NCBI GenBank assembly: GCA_027483065.1
Contig: JAIXVI010000304.1
Coordinates: 1-58,139, forward strand
DNA length: 58,139 bases
Direction of reading: 5' to 3'
From: Planctomycetaceae bacterium
Lineage (GTDB): Bacteria > Planctomycetota > Phycisphaerae > Phycisphaerales > SM1A02
Notes under the pieces: model-generated
The model's database searches: none
The model's input: the letters and a program-made list of their open reading frames with translations, nothing else
Told to the model about the DNA's origin: nothing
Position numbers and translations under genes: made by a program
Shown: in pieces, positions 8,488 through 18,552 of the stretch
How the letters are laid out: every line of letters starts with the position of its first letter
Position numbering within the stretch: position 1 is the stretch's first letter

Positions 8488-11400
8488 TCAGCTGCATCCC
8501 ATGCTGTTGCCGCAGTTGAGGCAGCGGTAGCACGTTCCATTGCGCACAGTGATCGAACCGCAGACGTCGCATGCCGGAGCGTCGCCCATGAGCGCAGCGT
8601 TCGAGGCATCCAACGCGTTCGCTGCGACCGACGTGTTCACGGCGGTCTTCGCGATGCGCTCGACCGAAGCGACTGCTTCGATGGTGCGCTTCTCCGAGAA
8701 GGTGGTCTCGGTGATCGTTTCGGTCAGCAGTTCGGTCACTGGAATACGGCTTGTCGCCGTCGTGGTCGTAGTTGCCGTGGTCGAGAAGCCGGTTGCGGCC
8801 GAGACTCCGTTGCCGCGCGTTTCGGTGGCCGAAATCGCCGCTTCGCGACGCGCTGCCCAGCCGCTCACCGTCGTGCCGGATCCGTTGGCACATGAGGCAT
8901 CCTCCTTGATGGTGGTGATGGTCGCTTCTTTGCGAGAGGTCTCACGAGTTGCTTCTGGCGAGCTTGGCTGATCGCCACCGCTCGAACCAGGTCGGCGCGG
9001 TGCATTCAACTCGCGGTAACCGGAGATGAATTGCATGCCGAGCCAACGGAAGATGTAGTCGACGAGGCTCTTGGCGAACGGAATGTCGGCGTTCGTTGTC
9101 ATGCCCATCGGCTCGAAGCGCTGGTGGGCGAACTTCGTGACGAGGCTTTCGACTGGCACGCCGTACTGCAGAGCAACCGAGATCGCGGTGCCAAGCGAGT
9201 CCATCAATCCGCCGATGGTCGAACCTTCCTTCGCCATCGTGATGAAGAGTTCGCCTGGGCGACCGTCCTCGTAAAGACCAACGATGAGGTAACCCTCGTG
9301 GCCTGCAACGTTGAACTTGTGTGTCACCGAGTCGCGCGTGTCGGCGAGCCGACGACGCATTGGACGCTCGATGATCCGCTCAATGACGCGCTCCACGACG
9401 ATTTCGCGAACATCCGCGACAACCGGCTCGCCTGCGAGGGCGATGTCGGTCAGCGTTGTCGTCGTAGCCTCGGCAACGAGTTCGGCCTGCTCGGCCGCAG
9501 TCGTCACCATTTCGCTCTCCTGAACAACGCTCGTCGCGACTTCTTGCATGGAAGCCACGCTCGCCGAGGTTTCGGACTTGTCGTCCTTCTTGTCGTCTTT
9601 CTTGTCGTCCTCTTCGCTCTTGTCGCTCTTCGTCGAGAGCGGCTGCGAAAGCTTGCAGCCGTCGCGGTAGAGCGCGTTCGCCTTGAGGCCGAGCTCCCAG
9701 CTCAGCCGGTAGCACGCACCAATATCTTCAACCGACGCATCGGAGGGGAGATTGATGGTCTTTGAGATCGCGCCCGTGACGAACGGCTGTGATGCAGCCA
9801 TCATGCGGATGTGACCTTCTGGCTTGATGAAGCGCTCGCTCAGCGGTCCGCAACGGTTCGCGCAGTCGAAGACGGGCAAGTGCTCGTCCTTGAGGTGAGG
9901 TGCACCTTCGATCGTCTGCGTGCCGCAGATCGTGCGGTTGAGGACGTCGATTTGCTTTCGTGAAAGTCCGAGTGCGCGGAGTCCGTTGAAGGACATGTCG
10001 TTCTTCGCTGCCGCAGCATCGACGCCGCAGTTTGCGAGGACATTTTCCGGCATCGACCACGCCGAGAAGGCGAAGGCCAATTCGAAGACGGTCGGGAGGC
10101 TGTTCTCGACGGCAACGAGTTGCTCGTGCGAGAAGCCCTTCGCGAGGAGGAAGTCGCGGAAGGTCGTGCTCTTCGGCGTGGAGCTCTCCACCGAACCATC
10201 GACCGCGGGCAAAGACACGTCGAGGCTCAACGTGCCCATCACGTAGGTGACCATGTCATCCGCTTGCTCAGCCGTGTAGCCAAGCGCGCGAATCGCTGGA
10301 CGCAGCGACTGGTTGGCGATCTTGAAGTAACCACCACCCGCGAGCTTCTTGAACTTCACGAGCGCGAAGTCGGGCTCGACGCCCGTCGTGTCGCAGTCCA
10401 TGAGAAGACCGATGGTGCCCGTTGGCGCGATGACGGTGGTTTGCGCGTTGCGGAAACCAAACTTCTCGCCATAGCCGAGCGCGTCATCCCAGCACGCGAC
10501 CGAGCGATCGAGGAGATCAGCGGCGTTCGTGAGATTGATGCGGCCGTTTGCCACGAGCGAGTGATCGATTGGCACTGGACGAATGCGAAGGTTCTCGTAT
10601 TCGTCGCTGTTGCGCGACATACCCATCGCAGCGCGACGGTGATTGCGCACGACCCGCAGCATGGTCTCGCGGTTCTCTGCGAAACCTGCGAATGGTCCAT
10701 GCTCAGCGGCAAGCAACGCGCTTTGTGCGTACGAGCGGCCTGTGAGCACCGAGGTGAGCATGCCGCACACCGCGCGACCTTCTTCGCTGTCGTATGGAAT
10801 GCCCGCTTGCATGAGCATCGCGCCGAGGTTCGCGTAACCAAGGCCGAGCGTGCGGTAGCGCCACGAGAGATCAGCGATTTCCTTCGATGGGAACGCTGCC
10901 ATGAGCACCGACACCTCGAGGACGATCGTCCAGAGGCTGATCGCGTGCTCATAGCCTTCGATGTCGAAGCGACGCGATTGCGCGTCGTAGAACTTCATGA
11001 GGTTGATCGACGCAAGGTTGCAGGCCGTGTTGTCGAGGAACATGTACTCGGAGCACGGATTGCTCGCGTTGATTCGGCCACCCGCGGGGCACGTGTGCCA
11101 CGCGTTGATGGTCGAGTCGTACTGAACGCCTGGGTCGGCGCAGCGCCATGCGGCAAAGTTGATTTCCGCCCAGAGTTCCTTCGCTTTGATCGACTGCGCA
11201 ACCTTGCCGTCGGTGCGGCGAGTCAGGTTCCAATCAGTGTCGGCGTCGAGCGCGTCAAAGAATTCGTCGGGGATACGGACCGAGTTGTTCGAATTCTGTC
11301 CGCTGACGGTGTAGTAGGCCTCACCGTTGAAGTCGTAATCGAGCTTGAGGCCGTACTTCTTCGCGAGTTCCTTCTGATCTTCGCTGAGAACCTTCAGGCC

Positions 11401-12279
11401 TTCGACAAGCGCCGCGACCTTGATTTCTTCGCGTGCCTTCCAGCGAACGAACTGCACCACATCGGGGTGATCAAGATCAAGGCAAACCATCTTTGCCGCG
11501 CGACGGGTCGTACCGCCCGACTTGATGGCGCCAGCGGCGCGATCGCCGATCTTGAGGAAGCTCATGAGGCCAGAGCTCTTGCCGCCACCCGAGAGTGGTT
11601 CGTTCTCGCCACGGCACTGCGAGAAATTGGTACCGGTGCCGGATCCGAACTTGAAGAGGCGAGCCTCTCGCGTCCAAAGATCCATGATGCCGCCCTCGCT
11701 GACGAGGTCGTCCTTCACGGCTTGGATGAAGCAAGCGTGGGGCTGCGGGTGGGTGTACGCGTCGGCTGCGAGCTTCGTCGTGCCCGTGCGGTGATCAGCG
11801 AGCCAGTGACCCTGTGCTGGTCCTTGAATGCCGTACGCCCAGTTGAGGCCGGTGTTAAACCACTGCGGGCTGTTCGGCGCCGCCATCTGCGTGAGCAGCA
11901 TGTAGGCGAGCTCATCGTAAAACGCTTCAGCATCTCGCTTCGTCGAGAAGTAGCCGTACTTCTCACCCCAGTGCGTCCAGCAACCCGCAAGGCGGTGCAC
12001 GACTTGGCGCACTGAACGCTCGGGGCCGAGGACTGGCTTGCCAGCGTCGTCGACAAGCGGCGAACCATCAGTGCCAACTTGCGGCACACCAGCCTTGCGG
12101 AAGTACTTGCTCACGACGATGTCGGTCGCGAGTTGGCTCCACGAAGCGGGGATTTCCGCGTCTTTCATTTCGAAGACGGTGGAGCCGTCAGAGTTGCCGA
12201 TACGGCTTGAGCGCTTGGTCCACTCGATGGTGTCGTAGACGTTTTGGCCGGCCTTGGTGAAGCGTCGCGAGATCTTCAT
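8488..12279 (-). CDS. nrdJ: Adenosylcobalamin-dependent ribonucleotide reductase (class II)
   Basis: MKISRRFTKAGQNVYDTIEWTKR is a typical NrdJ N-terminus, with conserved class II core blocks throughout. The C-terminal CDVCGSITVRNGTCYRCLNCGNSMGCS is a Cys4 tail. Start set at ATG 12279; the longer ORF to 12435 overlaps the dcd 3' end. Confidence 0.9.
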   Translation of the reverse strand: MKISRRFTKAGQNVYDTIEWTKRSSRIGNSDGSTVFEMKDAEIPASWSQLATDIVVSKYFRKAGVPQVGTDGSPLVDDAGKPVLGPERSVRQVVHRLAGCWTHWGEKYGYFSTKRDAEAFYDELAYMLLTQMAAPNSPQWFNTGLNWAYGIQGPAQGHWLADHRTGTTKLAADAYTHPQPHACFIQAVKDDLVSEGGIMDLWTREARLFKFGSGTGTNFSQCRGENEPLSGGGKSSGLMSFLKIGDRAAGAIKSGGTTRRAAKMVCLDLDHPDVVQFVRWKAREEIKVAALVEGLKVLSEDQKELAKKYGLKLDYDFNGEAYYTVSGQNSNNSVRIPDEFFDALDADTDWNLTRRTDGKVAQSIKAKELWAEINFAAWRCADPGVQYDSTINAWHTCPAGGRINASNPCSEYMFLDNTACNLASINLMKFYDAQSRRFDIEGYEHAISLWTIVLEVSVLMAAFPSKEIADLSWRYRTLGLGYANLGAMLMQAGIPYDSEEGRAVCGMLTSVLTGRSYAQSALLAAEHGPFAGFAENRETMLRVVRNHRRAAMGMSRNSDEYENLRIRPVPIDHSLVANGRINLTNAADLLDRSVACWDDALGYGEKFGFRNAQTTVIAPTGTIGLLMDCDTTGVEPDFALVKFKKLAGGGYFKIANQSLRPAIRALGYTAEQADDMVTYVMGTLSLDVSLPAVDGSVESSTPKSTTFRDFLLAKGFSHEQLVAVENSLPTVFELAFAFSAWSMPENVLANCGVDAAAAKNDMSFNGLRALGLSRKQIDVLNRTICGTQTIEGAPHLKDEHLPVFDCANRCGPLSERFIKPEGHIRMMAASQPFVTGAISKTINLPSDASVEDIGACYRLSWELGLKANALYRDGCKLSQPLSTKSDKSEEDDKKDDKKDDKSETSASVASMQEVATSVVQESEMVTTAAEQAELVAEATTTTLTDIALAGEPVVADVREIVVERVIERIIERPMRRRLADTRDSVTHKFNVAGHEGYLIVGLYEDGRPGELFITMAKEGSTIGGLMDSLGTAISVALQYGVPVESLVTKFAHQRFEPMGMTTNADIPFAKSLVDYIFRWLGMQFISGYRELNAPRRPGSSGGDQPSSPEATRETSRKEATITTIKEDASCANGSGTTVSGWAARREAAISATETRGNGVSAATGFSTTATTTTTATSRIPVTELLTETITETTFSEKRTIEAVASVERIAKTAVNTSVAANALDASNAALMGDAPACDVCGSITVRNGTCYRCLNCGNSMGCS

Positions 12280-12421
12280 TGTTCTTGTGCTTCCTGCGCG
12301 ATCAAACGGGCGGAGAGAGAGGTGTCGGAGAGGGGAGTCGGAGTTGAAATCGGAGTGTTGTGCAGAGTGGTTGGCGGTACCGCGGAAACCAGCCGGTTGG
12401 GCAGACGCTTGGTCAAAGGCG

Positions 12422-13105
12422 TCAGTGCGTCCCAACCGGCGAAAGATGTGATTGCGAGAGATGTGATTGCAAGAGATGTGATTGCACGGGTGGCGTGGTC
12501 GCCTGCGAGTGGTTCGGCGCAGAAATGCCGTCCACCATCGGGAGTGTGAGGCCCGCTTGATCTTGGTACTTGCCGCGCTTGTCGGCGTAGCTCGTCGCGC
12601 AAACCCGGTCTGCTTTCAGGAAGACCATCTGCGCGATGCCTTCGTTGGCATAGATCTTTGCTGGCAGAGGAGTCGTGTTCGAGATTTCGATCGTGACCTT
12701 GCCGCGCCACTCAGGCTCAAGCGGTGTGACGTTCACGATGATGCCGCAGCGCGCGTAGGTCGACTTGCCGACGCAGATTGCGAGGACGTCGCGAGGGACA
12801 TGAATCGTCTCCACGGTCTCCGCGAGTGCGAAGGAGTTCGGTGGAATGATGATGTGGTCGCGACCGGTCTCAACGGTGTCGATCGTCAGGAAGAGGTCGT
12901 TGGTGAAATTCTTCGGGTCGACGACCGCGGTACCGCCGGAGGTCGCGTTCGTGAAGATCTTGAAGCGCGTGCCTACGCGAACGTCATAGCCGTAGCTCGA
13001 GACGCCAAAACTGACAGCGCCCGGTCGCTTCTCGTTGGACGCGAACGGTTCGATATGAACCAATTCACGGATCTGCGTATCGCTCAACACAGGCATGGAA
13101 CGCAC
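12422..13105 (-). CDS. dcd: dCTP deaminase with a repeat-containing C-terminal extension
   Basis: [15 protein letters not shown]..., [14 protein letters not shown]..., and [23 protein letters not shown] match Dcd/dUTPase-superfamily blocks. It lies immediately upstream of nrdJ on the same strand. Confidence 0.85.
   Translation of the reverse strand: MRSMPVLSDTQIRELVHIEPFASNEKRPGAVSFGVSSYGYDVRVGTRFKIFTNATSGGTAVVDPKNFTNDLFLTIDTVETGRDHIIIPPNSFALAETVETIHVPRDVLAICVGKSTYARCGIIVNVTPLEPEWRGKVTIEISNTTPLPAKIYANEGIAQMVFLKADRVCATSYADKRGKYQDQAGLTLPMVDGISAPNHSQATTPPVQSHLLQSHLSQSHLSPVGTH
12444..12488. repeat. 15-nt tandem array x3 (agatgtgattgcgag), in frame in the dcd 3' end
   Basis: Direct reading. It translates on the minus strand as [15 protein letters not shown]. 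Confidence 0.9.
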
Positions 13106-13299
13106 CGGACGCAGGTCCCACCGACCTGCACGGTCCCCGATCTGCGCGCCACCATGCGGCAGATCAGAGTGTTCGACGTGAAGTGGCTGTCATCCAGTCA
13201 GCCACACTTGTTTGAAGAACTCCAACCAACTTCCGCGCAACTGCCCAGAGGAGCCTCGGTGCTCCGCGCGCGCTACCTCGACGGCTCCTGCAAACCCTG

Positions 13300-13354
13300 T
13301 CGCAGCGGGGTCGCAGCGGGGTCGCAGCGGGGTCGCAGCGGGGTTGCAGTGAGC
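13300..13354. repeat. 11-nt tandem array x5 (tcgcagcgggg)
   Basis: Direct reading: four perfect units plus one degenerate unit. Confidence 0.9.
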
Positions 13355-13966
13355 GTCCAGAAAGCGATCCGTTGCAGGCTTCGCAGCGACGACTGTTTGC
13401 GGACAGTCGGTTCGACAGGAAGGCGAGAGGTTTGACACCGGAACTCGACTTCACCCGTCGGTCGTGCGCATCGCTTGCATCGCGATCCACCGATCAACTT
13501 GAGAACAGATTGTTTGGAACGCCCGAGAACTTCACCATCCCGGCGCGACCGGATCCTACCCCAACCTGTTGGGGTAGCAAGGGAGAACCACCACAACTGA
13601 TCGTTCTTTTCGAAGTTTTTTGGGATTACGTTTGGAAGTGCAAAAAGATGAAATTTCAAACCGAGCCCTCTTGGCTGAAGACAAGTTGAGGACTTGCAGA
13701 ACTCAGGCGCTCGCAGGTCGCGCGACGCAGAGCCTGAGGTGCCGGATGCACAAGGACTTGCGAGCGTTTGTGCATTTGCTCTGACTTGCTTCGGCACGCC
13801 CTTCACAGGGCGTTCCCTTCACTGGCTTTTGCGTCCACAACAGATCGCCCGTTGGTTTCGCGGCTGTGCTCCCTTTTCCACGTTCACGGTACCGATCACT
13901 CCCAACTGACAGAACTGAGCATCTTTGCGGTGGACAACTTGTTCTGAATGTTGGCGACTACGTGCC

Positions 13967-14040
13967 GTGATGCATCCCGTGATGCATCCCGTGATGCATC
14001 CCGTGATGCACCTCGTGATGCATCTCTCGGTGCATCTCGT
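13967..14040. repeat. 12-nt tandem array x~6 (gtgatgcatccc)
   Basis: Direct reading: three perfect units, then progressively degenerate copies. Each unit contains the palindrome atgcat. Confidence 0.9.
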
Positions 14041-14190
14041 GGTGGTCGACGGCGTGCTTCCCGTCGTGCCCATCGCCATGCACTTCTGAGGCGGCGTCCT
14101 CGATGCAGCGCGGCCCTCTCGACAGCTTCGCGTGGCTCGGCCAACGACGTCAGTCCTCAACTTGATCCCCCAACCTAAACCTCCCTCCGC

Positions 14191-14250
14191 GACTCCCAGC
14201 AAGACTCCCAGCAAGACTCTCAGGAGCACCCCCCCAGCAAGACTCCAGGC
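14191..14250. repeat. 12-nt tandem array x~4 (gactcccagcaa)
   Basis: Direct reading: two perfect units plus degenerate copies. Confidence 0.8.
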
Positions 14251-14626
14251 GAACGCCGACGTCCAGCCGTTCGAGCGAGGTCTCGTGACAATTCCGCATG
14301 CACGGACGAGCAGGCCTTGCGAGCGAGCGGCCGGGACGATACCAAACAAAAACCAAACGTCAAGCGCGAACTTGTGGAACTGCGGACACCTTGCCGCGGA
14401 ACTTCCAAACGCGCGTGTGTTGCCGTCCTCCGTTGCTCCCTTCTCGCTCCGTCCCGGCTCCGTCCCGTCCCTTCGCCGTCCGGCTCACCCTCGCTCCGAC
14501 TCAATGCTGCGCGCGGATCACGTCCACATCCTCAGTTGAAAGCGCAATCGCCCGTAGCATCGCGCTCTTCCGCGCCGGCCAAGCTCGGAAGCGCGATCGA
14601 CTCCCTTTACTCCGCCGCACACGCTG

Positions 14627-16909
14627 ATGCACACCCTCGCCGACATCGATCCCGAAACAGACGCGCTCTTTCGCGATCTCACACAGGCGCAGCGCACGGC
14701 CGCCGCGCATGGTTCAGGACCGGCGCTCGTACTTGCGGGTCCTGGTTCAGGGAAGACGCGCGTCATCACGCGGCGTATTGCCGCATTGATCGCGCGTGGC
14801 GTTCCACCGTGGAAGATTCTCGCGCTCACATTCACGAACAAAGCTGCGGGTGAAATGCGCGAGCGTGTCTCGCAACTCGTCGCGCGCGAGGACGGCTCGC
14901 GCACCGGCCTCGTCGTCTCAACCTTTCACTCGCACTGTGCGGCAATTCTGCGTCGATTTGGAGATCGCATCGGTTTACAGCCGGGCTTCTCGATCTACGA
15001 CTCGGGTGATCAGAAGGACGCGATCAAGAGCGCGATCGAGGAGTCCGGCCTTTCAAGCACCCAGTGGACGCCTGCGAGTGTGCTGAGTGAAATCAGCGAC
15101 GCAAAGAATCGCTTGCTCGATGCGAACGGCTATCTCGCAGAAGCGAATGACTTTTGGTCGCGCTCAGTTGCGAAGGCATACGCCGCATACGACGCCGTAC
15201 TCACACGCTCAAACGCGGTCGACTTCGATGATCTTCTCTTGAAAGTCGCGTTGCTTTTGCGCAACGACGAAGAAGTCCGCACGCTCTTGCAACGACGCCA
15301 TGAGTGGATTCTCGTCGACGAATACCAAGACACGAATCACGCGCAGTTTGTGATCGCGCACGCACTCGCCGAGCGTTCGCGCAATCTGTTCGTCGTGGGC
15401 GATCCCGATCAATCGATCTACGGATGGCGTGGCGCAGACATCTCCAACATCCTGGAGTTTGAAGAGCAATTTCCCGGCGCAGTGGTGATTCCGCTCGGTG
15501 AGAACTTCCGTTCGACGTCGCACATCGTGTCCGCCGCCGCGGGGCTCATTGGGCACAATCGACGGAGGAAGCACAAGGAACTCACCACGTCCCTCGGCGA
15601 GGGCGCGCCTGTTCGACTCTTGAAAGCGAATGACGAGTATGAAGAAGCGGATCGCATCGCGGACTTCTTCGAAGAGCGGTCGCGCGCGGGTGTTCCTTGG
15701 CGTTCGATGGCGGTGCTTTATCGCATGAACGCGCTTTCGCGTGTCATTGAAGATGCGCTTCGTCGTCGCATGATTCCTTCGACGGTTGCGCGCGGAACCG
15801 CCTTCTATGACCGCAAGGAAATCAAAGACGCAATCGCCTATCTGCGCGCCTGCGCAAACCCGCGCGATGAAGTGTCGCTGCATCGCATCATCAATTTCCC
15901 CGCACGTGGCATTGGTGATGTCACGGTGCGAAAGATCGATGCGTACGCGGTTTCAAATGGATTGCCCTTCATCGCTGCTTGTGCGCAAGCATCGACTGCG
16001 GGGATTATCTCGGGGAAGACTGCGAAAGCCGTTGATGGCTTCGTCACGATGATTCGCGACTTTGCGCGGAGTTTAGACGAGCGACTTCCTGGCGACCTCG
16101 CGTCGTTTGTGAACGAAGTGCTCGAAACAAGCGGGCTCGATCGACTCGACGATCACTCCACGATCGAAGAACGTGAGCGCGTCGCGAACCTCGAAGAACT
16201 TGTCTCAGCAGCTGCCGATTTTCGCTTGCCGGAGAGCGATCCCGCGGCCGACGCACCTGTCGAGCCCGACTTTGAAGTGGACGGCGCTGCCGACGCGCCG
16301 CTTCCGGCGCAACCGACGCTCGGTGATGCGCTTCGCTTGTGGCTTGAGAGCGTGTCGCTCGTCGCGGATGCTGACGCAGTCGATCCAGAGCAGGGCAGTG
16401 TGACGCTTATGACGATGCACGCGGCGAAGGGACTTGAGTTCGACACGGTCGCAGTGATTGGCGTCGAGCACGGCATTCTGCCGCACAGTCGTTCGAGCGA
16501 AGGTGAAGATGCCGTTGAAGAGGAGCGCCGGCTGCTCTTCGTCGGCATGACGCGCGCGGAACGAGCGCTTTCCGTGAGTTCTGCAGCGGTGCGCACGGTG
16601 CGCGGAGTGCGACAGGCGTCGATCGAGAGTGAGTTCCTGCGCGAGATTCCTGCACAGCATGTTGCGCGAACGGATCTCGTCGAGCGCTTCTCAGGTTCGC
16701 GCATTGAGTACGACGACCCCGAAGCGTTTGGCGATGCGGATGTCGGCGAGATGTTCCCGATTGGCTCGATGGTTCGGCACCCGATCTTCGGTGTTGGAAA
16801 GATCGAATTCCTTGCGCGCGGCTTTGGCGGCACGCGTGCGCGCATTGCATTCCGGTCCGTTGGACTCAAAACGCTGATTGTTGAGCATGCGAAGTTGAGT
16901 CGAGCGTGA
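14627..16909 (+). CDS. uvrD: ATP-dependent DNA helicase, UvrD/PcrA/Rep family (SF1)
   Basis: Walker A AGPGSGKTRVITRRIA, ILALTFTNKAAGEM, VDEYQDTN, GDPDQSIYGWRGA and TMHAAKGLEFD are canonical SF1 UvrD motifs. Confidence 0.9.
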   Translation: MHTLADIDPETDALFRDLTQAQRTAAAHGSGPALVLAGPGSGKTRVITRRIAALIARGVPPWKILALTFTNKAAGEMRERVSQLVAREDGSRTGLVVSTFHSHCAAILRRFGDRIGLQPGFSIYDSGDQKDAIKSAIEESGLSSTQWTPASVLSEISDAKNRLLDANGYLAEANDFWSRSVAKAYAAYDAVLTRSNAVDFDDLLLKVALLLRNDEEVRTLLQRRHEWILVDEYQDTNHAQFVIAHALAERSRNLFVVGDPDQSIYGWRGADISNILEFEEQFPGAVVIPLGENFRSTSHIVSAAAGLIGHNRRRKHKELTTSLGEGAPVRLLKANDEYEEADRIADFFEERSRAGVPWRSMAVLYRMNALSRVIEDALRRRMIPSTVARGTAFYDRKEIKDAIAYLRACANPRDEVSLHRIINFPARGIGDVTVRKIDAYAVSNGLPFIAACAQASTAGIISGKTAKAVDGFVTMIRDFARSLDERLPGDLASFVNEVLETSGLDRLDDHSTIEERERVANLEELVSAAADFRLPESDPAADAPVEPDFEVDGAADAPLPAQPTLGDALRLWLESVSLVADADAVDPEQGSVTLMTMHAAKGLEFDTVAVIGVEHGILPHSRSSEGEDAVEEERRLLFVGMTRAERALSVSSAAVRTVRGVRQASIESEFLREIPAQHVARTDLVERFSGSRIEYDDPEAFGDADVGEMFPIGSMVRHPIFGVGKIEFLARGFGGTRARIAFRSVGLKTLIVEHAKLSRA

Positions 16910-16938
16910 GCTGAGAACCCTACGGATTTCGAGTTCCG

Positions 16939-18387
16939 TCACGCCGCGCGCTTGACTGCGGGCGCCGCGAGTGCAGCGAGTGCGTCAAACGCTGCGACTT
17001 TGTAGAGCTCCGTCAGCGACGGGTAGTTGAAGCATGTCTCGACGAGATGCTGCATGCCGTGCCCGCTTGCGATGGCCTGCTGGCCGAGATGCACGAGTTC
17101 GGTTGCGTCCTCGCCGACGACAGAAACGCCGATGAGTGCTCGCGTGCGACGATCAAAAATCGCTTTCAAAAGCCCGCGATCGTCGCCGAGCATGCGGCCA
17201 CGCGCGTTGTCGCGATAGTGCGCACGACCGACGACCACGTCACGTCCTCCTTCGCGCGCTTCTTCTTCGGTGAGTCCGACGGAACCAATTGCGGGAATCG
17301 TGTAGATCCCCATCGGTACGGTGTCGGCGAGTCGAGTGATGAATGGGATCCCGAACATGTGGCACGCAGCGATGCGGCCTTGTTCCATACTCGTCGAAGC
17401 AAGTGCGGGGAATCCGATCACATCTCCCGCGGCGAACACGCTTTCACAACTCGTTCGATAGTGCGTGTCGACCTTGATGTTGCCGCGTTCGTCGGGTGTG
17501 ACACCAACGGCTTCAAGCCCGATTCCGCGGGAGTTTCCGTTCCGACCGAGCGACCAAAGCACGCAATCAGTGTCGATGGTTTCGCCGTCCGCGAGCGTCG
17601 TCCGAGCGCGTCCATCCGCGAGTCCTTCAACTTTCGCGGCTGCGCGACCGAAGAGGAGGCGAATGCCGACATCCTCCATGCCGCGCGTGAGAATGTCGCG
17701 AATCTCTTCATCGAGAAACCGCATAAGCGTGGCACGCGGTTCGATGAGCGTGACTTCGACGCCGAGTTCGGCGAAGATACTGGCGTATTCGCTGCCAATG
17801 ACACCTGCGCCGACGATCGCAAGTGTGCGCGGCATCGACTCGAGTTCGAGGATTCCGTCTGCGTCAACGATGGCTGGATGCGTGAAATCAACGTTCTTCG
17901 CGCGTGCGGGCGACGAACCCGTCGCGATGAGAATGAACTCGGTGGTGAGTACTTCACGTGAGCCGTCTGCGTGGGTGACGGCGACGGTGTGCGCGTCGAC
18001 GATTTCGCCGCGACCGCGAATGATCTCAACGCCAGCAGCCTCGAGCCCGCCTTCGATGCGATCGTGCTCTTCCATTTGTACGAGCGTGCGTCGCGCCATG
18101 AATCGCTGCATCGAAAGGCCACTTGGAGCGACTGCTTCGAAACCCGGAATCGGTCGTCTTCGCATCGCACTCGCCACGAGCGCGGTTTCTCTCAGTGCCT
18201 TGGAAGCAACGGTGCCGGTGTTCACCATCGCTCCACCGGGCCGCGGCGCCATCTCGACGATCGCAGCGCGGCGGCCGAACTTTGCGGCGACCAACGCAGC
18301 TTTCTCGCCTGCGGGCCCGGATCCGATGGAAATGAGGTCATACGACGGCACGTGGGGGCCATCGGCAGGCCGAGTGCGTGACTTCAA
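16939..18387 (-). CDS. sthA: FAD/NAD(P) pyridine nucleotide-disulfide oxidoreductase family, soluble transhydrogenase (SthA)-like
   Basis: YDLISIGSGPAGEKAA and IVGAGVIGSEYASIF are Rossmann motifs, and a dimerisation domain is present. The usual redox CxxxxC is replaced by GGAMVNTGTVASKAL, as expected for SthA-type enzymes. Assigning it to SthA rather than Lpd is an inference. Confidence 0.65.
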   Translation of the reverse strand: MKSRTRPADGPHVPSYDLISIGSGPAGEKAALVAAKFGRRAAIVEMAPRPGGAMVNTGTVASKALRETALVASAMRRRPIPGFEAVAPSGLSMQRFMARRTLVQMEEHDRIEGGLEAAGVEIIRGRGEIVDAHTVAVTHADGSREVLTTEFILIATGSSPARAKNVDFTHPAIVDADGILELESMPRTLAIVGAGVIGSEYASIFAELGVEVTLIEPRATLMRFLDEEIRDILTRGMEDVGIRLLFGRAAAKVEGLADGRARTTLADGETIDTDCVLWSLGRNGNSRGIGLEAVGVTPDERGNIKVDTHYRTSCESVFAAGDVIGFPALASTSMEQGRIAACHMFGIPFITRLADTVPMGIYTIPAIGSVGLTEEEAREGGRDVVVGRAHYRDNARGRMLGDDRGLLKAIFDRRTRALIGVSVVGEDATELVHLGQQAIASGHGMQHLVETCFNYPSLTELYKVAAFDALAALAAPAVKRAA

Positions 18388-18552
18388 CGGAGCCTCGGAA
18401 ACTCGCAGGTAGGCCGCGGAGTTTTCCTTTGAGCGGCCTCAACGTACGGCAAAAACAGCGCGGACCGCGCGTTGGCGCGGTCCGCGAGTTCCCGAGATGC
18501 GTTGTCGCTGCGGCGCGTGTCGCCATGGTTTTGCAGCGATTTCGTGGCCGTC

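Noticed and set aside
10120-12015. 631-aa plus-strand ORF, with similar long antisense ORFs at 177-1565, 17047-17961, 36022-37110 and 44594-46264
   Set aside because: Each lies entirely antisense to a gene with unmistakable conserved motifs (NrdJ, hydrolase, SthA-like, IscS, S1 protease). All are Arg/Val/Ala-rich, the typical shadow-ORF signature of high-GC DNA.
12280-12421. Cobalamin riboswitch or NrdR box upstream of nrdJ
   Set aside because: I read the minus-strand leader and found neither the B12-box/GGGAA...GGTG core nor an ACACWATATWTWGTGT-like NrdR palindrome. Part of this region is also the dcd 3' end.
13273-14349. 177-aa and 176-aa minus-strand ORFs in the dcd-uvrD gap
   Set aside because: Their composition is Arg/Cys/Thr/Gly-rich. 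They are read through tandem arrays (giving CITGCITGCITG-type peptides), have no start context and no motif. They are treated as non-coding.
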